Shown here piece by piece: positions 40,421 through 52,858 of a stretch of DNA of 64,000 nucleotides. Position 1 is the first letter of the stretch. The number at the start of each line of letters is the position of its first letter. The notes beneath the pieces are model-generated. The model did no database searches, was not told the DNA's origin, and saw only the letters and a list, made by a program, of their open reading frames with translations. Origin of the DNA: Octopus vulgaris (Eukaryota); NCBI GenBank assembly GCA_951406725.2, contig OX597839.1:10664001-10728000 (forward strand). The letters run 5' to 3'. Both the position numbers and the translations under genes were made by a program.

Positions 40421-40564
40421 CATATACATTCATGTGCTGAGTTCCGCTCAAAATCCAGTAACAACTTCTTCCACCAGGACACTCCAGCAAAATGGATTGC
40501 TGCTGTGCAAAAGCAAAATCTACCAAAAGGACGAATGAAGTCAACAGAGGGTCAACGATCGTTC

Positions 40565-40716
40565 AGCATCGGTTCATCGTGTGCTCTCGAGCACATTGGG
40601 GACAAGGAGACGGCTCTAGTCTCTGCTGTCTGCGGTTTTTGTCTGCATACGACCATGTGATATTGGCCTCTCTCATGCCAGTTGTGTATGTCCATGCCAT
40701 GTAGTTTTCGGTCTTG
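40565..40716 (-). pseudogene. Possible RTE LINE C-terminal relic
   Basis: DRKLHGMDIHNWHERGQ and KNRRQQR....CPQCAR in adjacent frames resemble the RTE D.K..G....W...A.DR and C..C.R end motifs. Confidence 0.3.
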
Positions 40717-40915
40717 AACCTTGGGCAAGTGTCTTTTTCTATAAGCCTCGGGCCACCCAAAGCCTTGTGAATGGATTTGGTAGGCGGAAACTGAAAGATG
40801 CCCGTCGTATATGTGTGTGTGTGTGTGTGTGCGTGTGCGTGTGTGTGTGTGTGCGCGTTTGTCCCCCACCATTGCTTGACAACCGACGTTGATGTGCTTG
40901 CGTAGCCCATCTTTT

Positions 40916-40956
<41 letters not shown>

Positions 40957-40957
40957 T

Positions 40958-41166
40958 AAGGCGGCGAACTGACAATCGTTAGCACACCGGTCGAATGCTT
41001 AGAGGTATTTCGTCTGCCACTACGTTCTGAGTTCAAATTCCGCCGAGGTCGACTTTGCCTTTCATCCTTTCGGGGTCGATAAATTAAGTACCAGTTCAAC
41101 AGTGGGGTCGATGTAATCGATTCATCCCCTCCGCCAATGGGCTGCCCTTGTGGCAAAATTTGAAAC
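40958..41166 (+). mobile_element. SINE family B, older tail variant
   Basis: B head and core following (ATT)n. Confidence 0.85.
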
Positions 41167-41290
41167 CATTATTATTATTAATAATAATAATATTTAGCAG
41201 AAGCAATAGAGTGACACAAGGTACAAGAGTTTCGTGTGTTAGCATTTGTTCTTCGCTCCAACATCTTGATCACCATATATATATATATAT

Positions 41291-41465
41291 AGGAAGAATT
41301 CACAAAAAATGACGAAGACAGGTGGTGCAGAAAAACAGACAGATGTATTACTATAATGCTCGGGAATTGAAAAAGTCTTTAACGTTTCGAGCCTACGCTC
41401 TTTCACAGAATAGAACACAGAAAGAAACAAGGAGAGAAAAACATGTGGAGGGCGATCTATCATGG
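41291..41465 (-). mobile_element. Short Penelope-type unit P2
   Basis: Abuts (TA)n; minus strand reads CTGTGAAAGAGCGTAGGCTCGAAACGTT. Confidence 0.7.
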
Positions 41466-41664
41466 CAAATGCCGGACAGAAGGGTCACACGGGAGAGCTA
41501 AGAAGTAGGGGAGATAATAAAGTAGTGGTGATCCCAAAACGAAGGTGCGCGTGTGTGTAAGAGAGTACGTATGTGCGCGTGAAAGAGGACTGGTGATCTT
41601 GACGTGTGTGTGTGTGTATGTGTAACTATATATATATATATATACATACATACATACATACACG

Positions 41665-41722
<58 letters not shown>

Positions 41723-42232
41723 CGCATAAGGTAGAAAAGAAAATATAAGATACACATATGCATACATACAGACAGACAGACAGATCTGCTATGTTTATAT
41801 CTAAATTACTCTACATAGATATTGCAGCAAGATAACTCTTATATCAGTCTGTTCATAGAAAAGCTTTTGTTAAAAAGCAACCATTAAATTTTAGGAATAT
41901 AGGAATAGCAATTTTTTTTTCATTAGACATTATAAAAATCAATAGGTGTACTTAAACCAAGGTATCCTCATGAGAGATTTTGGGGCAATTATTGAACGTA
42001 TGTGTGTGCTTTTGTGTGTGTGTGTGTACGAGAGAGAGCGAGAGAGAAAGAAAGGGAGCGTGTATTGGCGCATGTATGCGTGGGTGTTATGTATATATTA
42101 ACGGATGAAAATAAATATCTTCATACGCACATATATACACACGCATATATATGCATCTATGTATCTAAGTGTGCATCTACACACACATATATACATTTCC
42201 GTACACATATATTATTGTAAAATTTTGGCACA

Positions 42233-42840
42233 AGTAATCGAAGAGGAACAACTTCCGGGTCATCTCTACTAAATGTAGCCACTCTGTTCTATTCGTATGG
42301 CGAGCGAAGAGGATGCCACCTTTATCCTTTCTTCCTTTCTAGTCAGCACCAGGCATTCCTTACTCTTTCCCTCCTTTCTAGGATATCAACTAGCGACCAG
42401 CGAGGGAATTTGTCACTGCCACTACATTTACCGTATTTTCCGGTGTATTAGCCGCTATTTGTTTTGTTTTACCTTTATGTCTTGATAATGATTTTTTTTA
42501 TCTAATAAAGGCATTTAAATTGCCGATATGCGTTTATTGTTGATTGTAGCAAGATAAAATTATGCCAATAACAATACATCTCATAGTTGTAAAATAAAGC
42601 ATTTTGAAACTACCTATGCGTCAACAACAAAAGAGCTAGCTGCGGGCTCGTTGCTCTATAGGTCTTTTATACACCGGCGCGCTTTATGTGTGGATAAGAC
42701 ACCGATGACGGGCAAACTACTAAATATATGGAAATAACATTTCTTCCGTCTTGGGGTTGATTCTTCAATGGTGTTGATTCTTCGAACAGAGTGGTGACAT
42801 TTAGTAGAGCTGACCCAGAAGTTGTTCCTCTTCCATTACT
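42233..42840. mobile_element. Old TIR element of about 600 bp
   Basis: 57-bp inverted repeats at 42233-42289 and 42784-42840 with about 5 mismatches; no TSD recognised. Confidence 0.6.
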
Positions 42841-42962
42841 ATCGCAAACAGCAGTAGCTTTCTTCAACCGAATACACGTCGTTGATTTGTTGAAATTATA
42901 CCCATATACGACAACTTTAACACGAAATAACTTCTAAAGTACGAAACTGTAAACATACTTGT

Positions 42963-43495
42963 ATTACATCGACGCCAGTGCGTAACTGGTACTTAATCTA
43001 TCGATCCCGAAAGGATGAAAGGCAAAGTCGACCTCGGCGGAATTTGAACTCAGAACGTTGCGGCAGACGAAATACCGCTAAGCATTTTGCCCGGCGTTCT
43101 AACGTTTCTGCCAGCTCGCCGCCTTTAACCATTTACCATTTCTTATTTCTTTATTGTCCACAAGGGGCTACATACAGAGGGGACAAACAAGGAGAGACAA
43201 AGGGATCAAGTCGATTACATCGACCCCAGTGCGCAACTGGTACTTAATTTATCGACCCCGAAAGGATGGAAAGTAAAGTCGACCTCGGCGGAATTTGAAC
43301 TCAGAACGTAACAGCAGACGAAATACCTATTTCTTTACTACCCACAAGGGGCTAAACACAGAGGGGGACAAACAAGGAGAGACAAAGGGATCAAGTCGAT
43401 TACATCGACCCCAGTGCGTAGCTGGTATTTAATTTATCGACCCCGAAAGGATGAAAGGCTAAGTCGACCTCGGCGGAATTTGAACTCAGAATGTA
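42963..43495 (-). mobile_element. Cluster of three SINE B copies
   Basis: Includes the tail-into-head junction at 43327. Confidence 0.88.
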
Positions 43496-43549
43496 ACCGC
43501 AACTATCTGTCTATGTATCTATCTATCTGTCTATCTATCTATCTGTCTG

Positions 43550-43619
<70 letters not shown>

Positions 43620-43736
43620 AGTCTGTCTGTCTGTCTATCTGCCTGTATATCTGTCTGTCTATTTGTCTCTCTACCCTTTTCTATCTACCCATCTATATAC
43701 ATCTATCCGAGCATGCATGCATCCATCTATCTAGCC

Positions 43737-43772
<36 letters not shown>

Positions 43773-44416
43773 GTCTGTCTGTCTATCTGTCTGTCTGTCT
43801 GTCTGTCTGCCTGCCTGCCTGCCTGTCTGTCTGTCTATCTACCCATCTATACATCTATCTATGCATGCTTGCATCCATCCATCTAGCCATCTATCTATCT
43901 ATCTATCTAACATGATCTTTACACAGTTCTATACATTTCAAGCCGATACGATCGTACACAACAGCAGCAGCAGCACCACCAACAGCAACAATAACAACAA
44001 CAACAACAGCACCGATATTGTGTTCGGCGATCTATAAACAGCCTCTATACACACGGCCTATCAATCCAGAACGCATTGACTGTCCATATAGACAGCATCT
44101 ACAAGCTCTTGTCTACCCACTCGTTATATACAATATGTCAATCAACGCCAACTTAGTTTATCAGACACAAAATCGATAGTGATGATACAGAGAACACAAC
44201 AAATATCGATGAAATACTCATATATTCGTATATTGTTCTTGTTGTTGGTGTTGTTGTTGTTGGGCAATATATATAAGGTGATATATTTTACGATGGTCTG
44301 GAAATCTTGATCTGTCATGAAATATTAAATTATTAATTCATCTTATAATAAGCGATAACACGGAATATTATTAACCTTTAATTTGCATAAGTGTTATACA
44401 TGTATATAAGTGCATT

Positions 44417-44570
44417 ATTTCTCTCCTTGTTTTTTCTGTGTCCCTTTCTGTAGAAGAGCGTAGGCTCGAAACGTAAAAGACTTTTTCTATTCCTGAGCAT
44501 TATACTAATACATCTGTTTGTTTTGTACACCACCTGTCTTCGTCTTTTGTTTTTTTCGTAAACTCTCCCC
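44417..44570 (+). mobile_element. Short Penelope-type unit P2
   Basis: CTTT-CTGTAGA-A-GAGC(GTAG)GCTC-GAAACGTA-AAAG; absent from the duplicated flank at 44683-44790. Confidence 0.72.
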
Positions 44571-44959
44571 ATACATGTATAGACAGACACGGGCGTGGCT
44601 GTGTGGAAAGAAGTTTGCTTCCCAACCACATGGGTTTCGGGTTCGTTCCCACTGTGTGGCACCTTGGGCAAGTGTCTTCTATGATAACATGGGATATTAT
44701 TAACCTTTAATTTGCATAAGTGTTATACATGTATATAAGTGCATAGATATATAGACAGACATGGGCGTGGCTGTGTGGAACGAAGTTTGCTTCCCTATAT
44801 GTGTGTGTGTGTGTGTGTGTGTGTGGCTGTGTGGTAAGAGGCTTGCTTCCCAACTTCATGGGTTTCGGGTTCGTTCCCACTGCATGGCGCCTTGGGCAAG
44901 TGTCTTCTACTATAGCCTTGGGTCGACAAAGCCTTGTGAGTGGATTTGGTAGAACCACT

Positions 44960-45400
44960 TTTGGTTTTTGTTTTTTTTTTTTTCTTTTTGCACCGTTTGC
45001 TGTAGTTTGTTACTTCTGTTCTTTGGTCAGTTTCTTCTCTGCATTACAAATAATCGTGAAGTGGAAGGTCTACTGGGAGTAGGTTCTGTTTCGTGTTTCG
45101 TTTTTTTTTTTTTTTTTTTTTTGTCGGGCTTTGGAACTGAGAATGATGCGGGTCTTCCGGCAATCTTTGGAACCGCACCCGGTCTTGCAAGTATTGGTGC
45201 CGTTGAAACAGAAGCCTACTTTTGTTGCTGCAAGTGATGCTAGTCCTTTTCCAATTTCTCGAGTTCTTCCAGACAGAAATAGCTCAGATGGTCAATACTG
45301 TCACATGTGTGACAGCCGGGTCTTCTAACTTTCATCGTCAGTTTAATGTTATTACCATACCTCTCTTTTGTGGCGTTTCTGTGCCATCCCATCCGACCAC
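44960..45400 (-). pseudogene. Decayed LINE ORF1/gag-like fragment with CCHC zinc knuckle
   Basis: KVRRPG-CHTCDSIDHLSYFC (C-x2-C-x4-H-x4-C at 45273-45314), then in-frame stops and a Pro/Lys-rich tail. Confidence 0.65.
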
Positions 45401-45510
45401 ATGTAGTTCTCAGTTAGCTTAACACACACTGCCAAACCCGGTCTGTGCCACGAAGACGATAGCGAGCTGGGAGCCAACGGTATTGCTTATATCCAACGAT
45501 ATTGCTTATA

Positions 45511-45985
45511 AGGCGGTGAGCTGGCAGAAACGTTAGCATGCTGGGCGAAATGCGTAGCCTTATTTCGTCTGCCGTTACGTCCTGGGTTCAAATTCCGCCG
45601 AGGTCGACTTTGCCTTTCATCCTTTCGGGGTCGATAAATTAAGTACCCATTTCTTTATTACCCACAAGGGGCTAAACATAGAGGGGACAAACAAGGACAG
45701 ACATAGGTATTAAGTCGATTATATCGACCCCAGTGCGTAACTGGTACTTAATTTATCGACCCCGAAAGGATGAAAGGCAAAGTTCACCTCGGCGGAATTT
45801 GAACTCAGAACGTAATGACAGACGAAATACGGCTACGCATTTCGCCCGGCGTGCTAACGTTTCTGCCAGCTCGCCGCCTTCATTAAGTACCAGTTACGCA
45901 CTGGGGTCGATGTAATCAACTTAATCCGTTTGTCTGTCCTTGTTTGTCCCCTCTGTGTTTAGCCCCTTGTGGGTAGTAAAGAAAT
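45511..45985. mobile_element. SINE B (+) containing a nested SINE B (-, 45648-45881)
   Basis: Outer TSD ATATTGCTTATA; inner TSD ATTAAGTACC. Confidence 0.92.
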
Positions 45986-46079
45986 ATATTGCTTATATCC
46001 TTGACTGTCACACTTGCAATTCGTACATTGGATTCTGTTTATGGGCAGATGTATGATTCTACTTCTCTCCGATTTTCAG

Positions 46080-46213
46080 ATTTGAAGACCTGACATACAG
46101 TGCTGTAACCCTTCCTTCCAAAGACAGAACCCACCACACATCGCTTAGAGCTATCTGCAATCGACTTTTTTGAGGGCATGAAGAAAACTAGTTCGTTTTT
46201 TGGTGATAGAGAG
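46080..46213 (+). other. Candidate host exon, possibly 5'UTR plus start (MKKTSSFFGDRE)
   Basis: Acceptor ttctacttctctccgattttcag and donor GAG|gtaagt; ATG at 46178 is open to the donor in phase 0; unique sequence. Confidence 0.3.
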
Positions 46214-46955
46214 GTAAGTAAATATCTTCCTTCTTCTCTTGCTTTTGAGTGAAAGGATCCGGAAAAAGGGGGACCCTTTTAGTTAAAAAAAATTCTACCA
46301 AACGAATTCTTTTTATTAGTAGAATAGTTCACGTTTCAAATTTGCCTGTTAACGGGAGTGTGAGCAAAGAAAAAACTGTTAACGTTTCCGTTATTCTCTT
46401 CATTTGAAAATGCGTTTATCTGAGTATGGGCGCAAGTGTTGTTGCTATTATTATTTTTGTTTATATTATGCAAATTTACTTTGCTTGGTATTAAATTGTA
46501 ACTGAGTGTAGCACTTTGTTTTATTGTCATTTCTCACAATGTATCTTCAATTTTTAATGAGATCTTTTATGTTTTTTTTTATTATTATTATTATTATTAT
46601 TGCTTAATTTATTTTCGTCTGTTCAGAGGAAATAAATGACTGCTTCGTTTCAAAGAGGTCTTAACGGTGCTAATCCCTCTCGCATTACCATCTCAAACTA
46701 CTCCTCAAGTAGAGGAAGCCATATCAAAAAATATTGTAAATACAAGAAAATTCCAGAGAAGAGAACATTAACGCGATGTTTGAAATAGACCTTGCGTCTA
46801 CCTCAGATATCGAGGCAGACGTGCCGACGTTCCGACAGCTCTTGTTTGTAAAATAATCCGAAAAGAAATCATTTCCATTCGCTATAAAACAATCCAGAAA
46901 TTCTTGGAGAGTATCATAACATCATAACACCTCCACACGCGATAGAAGCAACAAT

Positions 46956-46988
<33 letters not shown>

Positions 46989-46999
46989 AATAATAGTTC

Positions 47000-47406
47000 T
47001 TTCTACTAAAGGCACAAGGCCTGAAATTTTGGGGGAAGGGACTAGTCGATTACATCGACCCCTGTGTTTCACTGGTCTGGCAGAAACGTTAGCACGCCGG
47101 GCGAAATGCTTAGCAGTATTTCGTCTGTCGCTACGTTCTGAGTTCAAATCCCGCCGAGGTCGACTTTGCCTTTCATCCTTTCGGGGTCGATTAAATAAGT
47201 ACCAGTTACGCACTGGGGTCGATATAATCGACTTAATCCGTTTGTCTGTCCTTGTTTGTCCCCTCTGTGTGTAGCCCCTAGTGGGCAGTAAAGAAATAGG
47301 TATTTAATTTATCGACCTCGAAAAGGTGAAAGGCAAAGTCGACCTCAGCGGAATTTGAATTCAGAACGTAAAGACGAACGAAATACCACGAAACATTCTG
47401 TCCGGC
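47000..47406. mobile_element. SINE B (+, 47077-47298) nested in an older minus-strand B
   Basis: The host sequence actggt|...|ggtatttaatttatcgacc is interrupted. Confidence 0.85.
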
Positions 47407-47813
47407 AAATAGTGTGTGCATCTACTCGCCATAAGAATCTCAAATGCTGAAGCTTTGGAATGTCTCACAAATCTTCACTGTGCCACTAATAAATTGTATT
47501 TCGAGAACCTGTGTCAGTTTATGTATGTATGTATGTATGTATGTATGTATGTATGTATGTATGTATGTATGTACGTATGTATGTATGTACGTATGTATGT
47601 ATGTACGTGTGTGTGTGTGTGATTATTCAATTATTTCAAGATTTCTTGACAATAGAGAAAAAGCCGGTTTCTAACCTAGATCCAAAGCACTTTAACTGGT
47701 ATGTCAACAACATCAACAGGGTATTTTTTCATTTGTTTGTGTATATGTGCAGTATTTGGAGTCAGTGCATATGCAGATTTGTAAGTTTAATTTATGCATG
47801 TATTCTCATGCAT

Positions 47814-48121
47814 GTGGAGGCACATGACCTAGTGGTTAGAGCAGCGGACTCACGGTCGAGCGATCGTGGGTTCGAATCTCAGACTGGGTGATGTGTGTGT
47901 TTATGAGCGAAACACCTAAGCTCCACGCAACTCCAGCAGAAGGTAATGGCGAAACTTCTACTGACTCTTTCGCCACAACTTTCTCTCACTCTTTCCTCCT
48001 GCATCTTGCAGCTCACCTGCAACGGACTGGCATCCCGTCCAGGTGAGGAACCTATACGTCAAGAAACCGGGAAACCGGCCCTATGAGCCAGGCATGGCTC
48101 GAGAAGGAACAAACAACAACA
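47814..48121 (+). mobile_element. tRNA-headed SINE family C2
   Basis: A box and B box (GGTTCGAATC); 12-bp TSD ATTCTCATGCAT; (AAC)n tail; second copy at 60997. Confidence 0.92.
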
Positions 48122-48732
48122 ATTCTCATGCATATAGATGCATACCTAGACAATATGCATATATATTTAAGTGATAAACTTCTGGAAAGTTTTACAGATT
48201 TTTACAGTTCCAGTAATCGCTTGGATCTGTAGTCTTCGAATCAAATTTTTCCTTTCTGGTTTTCAGAAGCTTAATTTCCCAAGATTCGTACTCAGGCAGT
48301 GTTTTACATATCCCAGCACCTCAATAGGTTTAAACATGAACTTGTAATCTATGTAGAGTAACTCAGATTTCTCAATTGTTCAGCGTAGATTTTTTTTTTC
48401 TCTGATTTTTTAACCTTATAACAAAAATCATGTATACTGTTATGCGTGTAGTTTGGGTTCTAATGGGAAAGACAACCAGTTGAAAACCATTGTTATTATT
48501 TAACGTGTTTATTGACGTTGCTTGATTACACGGACGACATTAGTGTAGTGATACATTGTTTACTTTTCACACAGTTCGTACTATTCACTACAAAATAGTG
48601 CCAAGAGTAGGGAGTAGTTTGGCATTCGCAAACACACAGATATGAATATGTAACATATACATACAGATTTTTTGTATGTATGTATGTATGTATGTGTGCA
48701 TGTGTGTGTATGTATGTGCCTGAGTGTGCGTG

Positions 48733-48772
<40 letters not shown>

Positions 48773-48989
48773 CATGTTTTTGTGCTTGTGTTTGTCCTCC
48801 TCCACCGCTTGACAACCGGTGTCGGTGTATCTAACTTAGCAGTTCGGTCAAAAACACCGATAAAATAAGTACCAGCCTTAGCAAAAAATAAGTACGGATG
48901 TTGATTCATTTGACTAAAATTTCTTCAAGGCGCTGCCCCAGCGTGGCCTCAGTTTAATGACTCACAAGTAAAAGATGAATGTTATAATA

Positions 48990-49022
<33 letters not shown>

Positions 49023-49736
49023 TTATATATACAATTTTCATATATATATATATATATAAACACATATCTTACTCTATCTGATATATATATATATATATGT
49101 ATGTATACATATCTTACTCTATCTGATATATATATACATATATATATATATGTATGTATACATATCTTACTCTGTTTTATATATTTATATATCCGTACAT
49201 ATATGTATAAAGAGAGTGAGCGCAAGAGCTAATATGCAGTAACTAATATTTATTTTTTAAATGAAGTAGAAATTATTTTGTTTGCCTTGATCAATGATTA
49301 TTTCCTGATTAAATTATCTTTAACAATATTTTATTACTACATCTGTTTACTCTTCTTTAACATTATTATATCACCACATCTGTTTACATTTCTCACTTTC
49401 TCTACACAAAACTTGATTATTTTCCCGCCTTTGCTGTCGCTTATACATGTTCGTCTGTTTGTGTCTTTTTGTATGACCCATCCTCTGTGTCTGTGTGAGT
49501 GTCTTTCTCTATTTCTCACTGTCTTTTCGTCCTTCTCTCTCACTAAATGTTTTATTTGTAGTATTCCTGATATATAAAGCTGACAAACATTTTATTCTTT
49601 ATTATAATTAAGCATATAGATCAAAGATTCTTGTTACAGCAACGGAACTATGCTGCATAGATAAGTATGTAAAATGACGCGAACATTTTCGGGACTTCTG
49701 CTGATCACAGATGACATGTGTAACTCCTTCCACACA

Positions 49737-50342
49737 TACGAGGGGTTGCATAAAAGTTCCTGGCTTTAAGGGTGTCGCGAAATGCCTGGCTTGAGGCACA
49801 ACTTTCCGAGTACTTTTACAGTGCTGAGAAAAACTGAAGGACTGTCACAATAAATGAGTGAATGTGAGAGGGGAATATCTTTATATATAAAAGTGAGGTT
49901 GTGTGTCTGTCTCCTACGATTTAGATTCCTAACTACTCCCACATTTTGCGGTGCAGTGTAACCAAAAGCGGGTGTCTTATAGTTGTGATTCATATCGAGC
50001 CCTTCTGGGTATTATCGCGCGTCTACGATGAGTCTACGATTTAAAAAAAATTTACCATCATTTTTTCCCATTTTTTTTGCTATTATATAAGGGAAGTAAC
50101 TCTCTAGAAATGTATTATTAAATCTCAGAACGTAAAAACCTACAGTAACCCCACCCCCCTTTGTGGTTAGCCATATTGAGATGGCTATTATACTTTACAT
50201 CTCTAAAAATGCTTATATAGTTATTTCCCTACAAACCCGAGCAACGCCGGGCGATACTGCTAGTGTTAAATAAAATCATAATTAACTGATCACCCTTGTT
50301 TTCTTTTACCCAAAGCCAGGGACTTTTCAGCTCCCCGTCATA
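49737..50342 (+). mobile_element. Mariner-derived MITE interrupted by a Helitron
   Basis: TACGAGGGG..AAAAGTTCCTGGCTTT / AAAGCCAGGGACTTTTCAGC termini; relic VNVRGEYV(K)* C-terminus split by the insertion. Confidence 0.7.
49878..50263 (+). mobile_element. Non-autonomous Helitron (family H2)
   Basis: a|TCTTTATATATAAAAG ... CCCGAGCAACGCCGGGCGATACTGCTAG|t. Confidence 0.88.
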
Positions 50343-50403
50343 TGTTACATACATGTGACATAACATATTCGGTCGTAGCTCGTGTTTTAAGCTCTTCAAT
50401 GTC

Positions 50404-50486
<83 letters not shown>

Positions 50487-50757
50487 TACAAAATATAAAT
50501 GTGACGTAATATAAGGGGTGCGATACAAAACATGTTCCGATCAAGAAGCTGTTGGAAATGTACCCTTAACTTTAATATATATTAATACAATGTTAGTCTT
50601 CTTCTCATCTGTAAGAACTTAAATATTTTCGTGGTGTTCTTTGGTAGATGCTGCCTCGGTGATATCACACAAAACTCAAAGAATGCCTGAACTGATCTTC
50701 AGCCTCATTCCACGATTTTCTTTATCTATGAAAGAAACCTGTCGTATATATATTCGT

Positions 50758-50793
<36 letters not shown>

Positions 50794-51132
50794 GGATGCC
50801 CTAACAAAGGCTAGGAGTCCTTCACTCCCAATGGTTTAACCGCGCGATCGAGTATTCAGTCCGATTATTTCTATGTCCCTGCGCATGATACAGCCTTAAG
50901 ACATTTATTGGATGGCCGTTGACTCTCAAGAGTTCCTCCGCCCTTTGACAGGTTTTGTTTTTCATCCCGCAGGGTGTCCAGTAAACACCCTCCTCACCAA
51001 GCAAGCTTGGTGGGGTTGCCGGTTTAGTCGCCGACGGCCCGACCATGCAACAGGTTGTACTGGGTTACATGTTACCAGTAGCACTCGAAAGTGACCTGAC
51101 ATAAATACATACATACATGTGTGTGTGTGTGT

Positions 51133-51446
51133 GTGGAGGCGCAATGGCCCAGTGGTTAGGGCAGCGGGTTCACGGTTGTAAGATCGCGGTTTCGATTCCC
51201 AGACCGGGTGTTGTGAGTGTTTATTGAGCGAAAACACCTAAAGCTCCACGAGGCTCCGGCAGGGGGTGGTGGTGATCCCTGCTGTACTCTTTCGCCACAA
51301 CTTTCTCTCACTCTTTCTTCTGCTGGCCTGCTCGCTTAACCAGCGAGGTGTCGTTATTTGAAGGCTAAAAACAATGCGAAGCGCATTGTGACCAGCGATG
51401 TGTAGCAACATTTGATTGCCTGGTTGGTCACGGTGATCACGGTGAT
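51133..51446 (+). mobile_element. tRNA-headed SINE family C1
   Basis: TGGCCCAGTGG A box and GGTTTCGATTCCC B box; (CACGGTGAT)2 tail; second copy at 60673. Confidence 0.92.
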
Positions 51447-51699
51447 ATATATATATATTAGTGGGACTGAACCCGGAACCATGTGGTTGGGAAGCCAGGT
51501 TCTTACCACACAGCCAGATAAAACCCATATCTGCCTATTTATTCTGTCAACATACTCAAACTGTGTACAAGTATGTAACTAATATTTACACATGTGTCTA
51601 CCCAACCCGTGTCTACACACAGTCTTTCTATACAGTCAACATCTCCCAGCCTCCACATCTCTCACCCTTTCCATATCTTCTTCCCTTTTTCACTTTCTT

Positions 51700-51863
51700 T
51701 CTACCTATCCGTCTGTCTGTCTGTCTATCTATCTACCTGTCTGTCTGTCTGTCTGTCTAGCTATCTATTAATCTGTCTGTCTGTCTATCCATCTATCTAT
51801 CAATCCATCTATCTAGCTATCTATTTATCTAGCTGTCTGTCTGTCTGTCTAGCTATCTATTAA

Positions 51864-51896
<33 letters not shown>

Positions 51897-51973
51897 CTAT
51901 CCATCTATCTATCAATCCATCTATCTAGCTATCTAGTAATTTATCTGTCTGTCTGTCTGTCAGTCAGTCAGTG

Positions 51974-52031
<58 letters not shown>

Positions 52032-52081
52032 CCTACCTACCTGTCTGTCTGTCTGTCTGTCTGTCTGTCAGTCAGTCAGTG

Positions 52082-52135
<54 letters not shown>

Positions 52136-52235
52136 CCTACCTACCTACCTGTTTGTCTGTCTGTCTGTCTGTCAGTCAGTCAGTGTATCTATCTATCTAT
52201 CTATCATCTAGCTATTTATCTATCTATCTATCTAT
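51700..52235. repeat. (TCTA)n/(TCTG)n/(TCAG)n compound microsatellite
   Basis: Seen directly. Confidence 0.95.
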
Positions 52236-52809
52236 TCACTGTATCTCTCTCATTTGCACCCATAATATACTTAATAGAATAAATAAATTAAAAATAAATC
52301 TATTCACTCTTCCCCTGTCATTAGATGTTTTTTTCTTCTTTCTTTCTCTTCTCTTTCGTCTTTCCCTTTGTTAATATTATTCAGTAAATATCATCCAACT
52401 CCGCCTGTCCCCCCCCCCCCCATTTTAAAATGATCACTTTCAGTAGTTGAATGTATTCTAAAGAGAGAATCAGGAAAGAAAATACCAAGCAAAAATAAAA
52501 AGGCAAGCGATGATGATGGCTCTATTGTGAAGTGAATAGCTAACTGAACATATTACATCCGTATACGATGATATTCTAGGAATCAGTGTCGTTTCGCTTA
52601 ACAACAGAACACTGACATAGATTTCTCAACCAGGATTAAAGCACAATGGAATTACCGTTTCAAACACGAGAGAATCTTGGAATCCCCCTTCACCGTGTTA
52701 ACTTGGTACTATCAAGACAAAACAACCAACTAAATTCTTCAAAAGATTTACGTATTCTGCCTAAAGAAATATGCCACATCTTTCTTTCAAACTGTCATCA
52801 TTCTTTCCT

Positions 52810-52858
<49 letters not shown>

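Noticed and set aside
51133-51210. tRNA-like sequences here and at 11406, 47814, 60673 and 60997
   Set aside because: These are SINE heads. They run on into SINE bodies, and I could not fold a proper acceptor stem.
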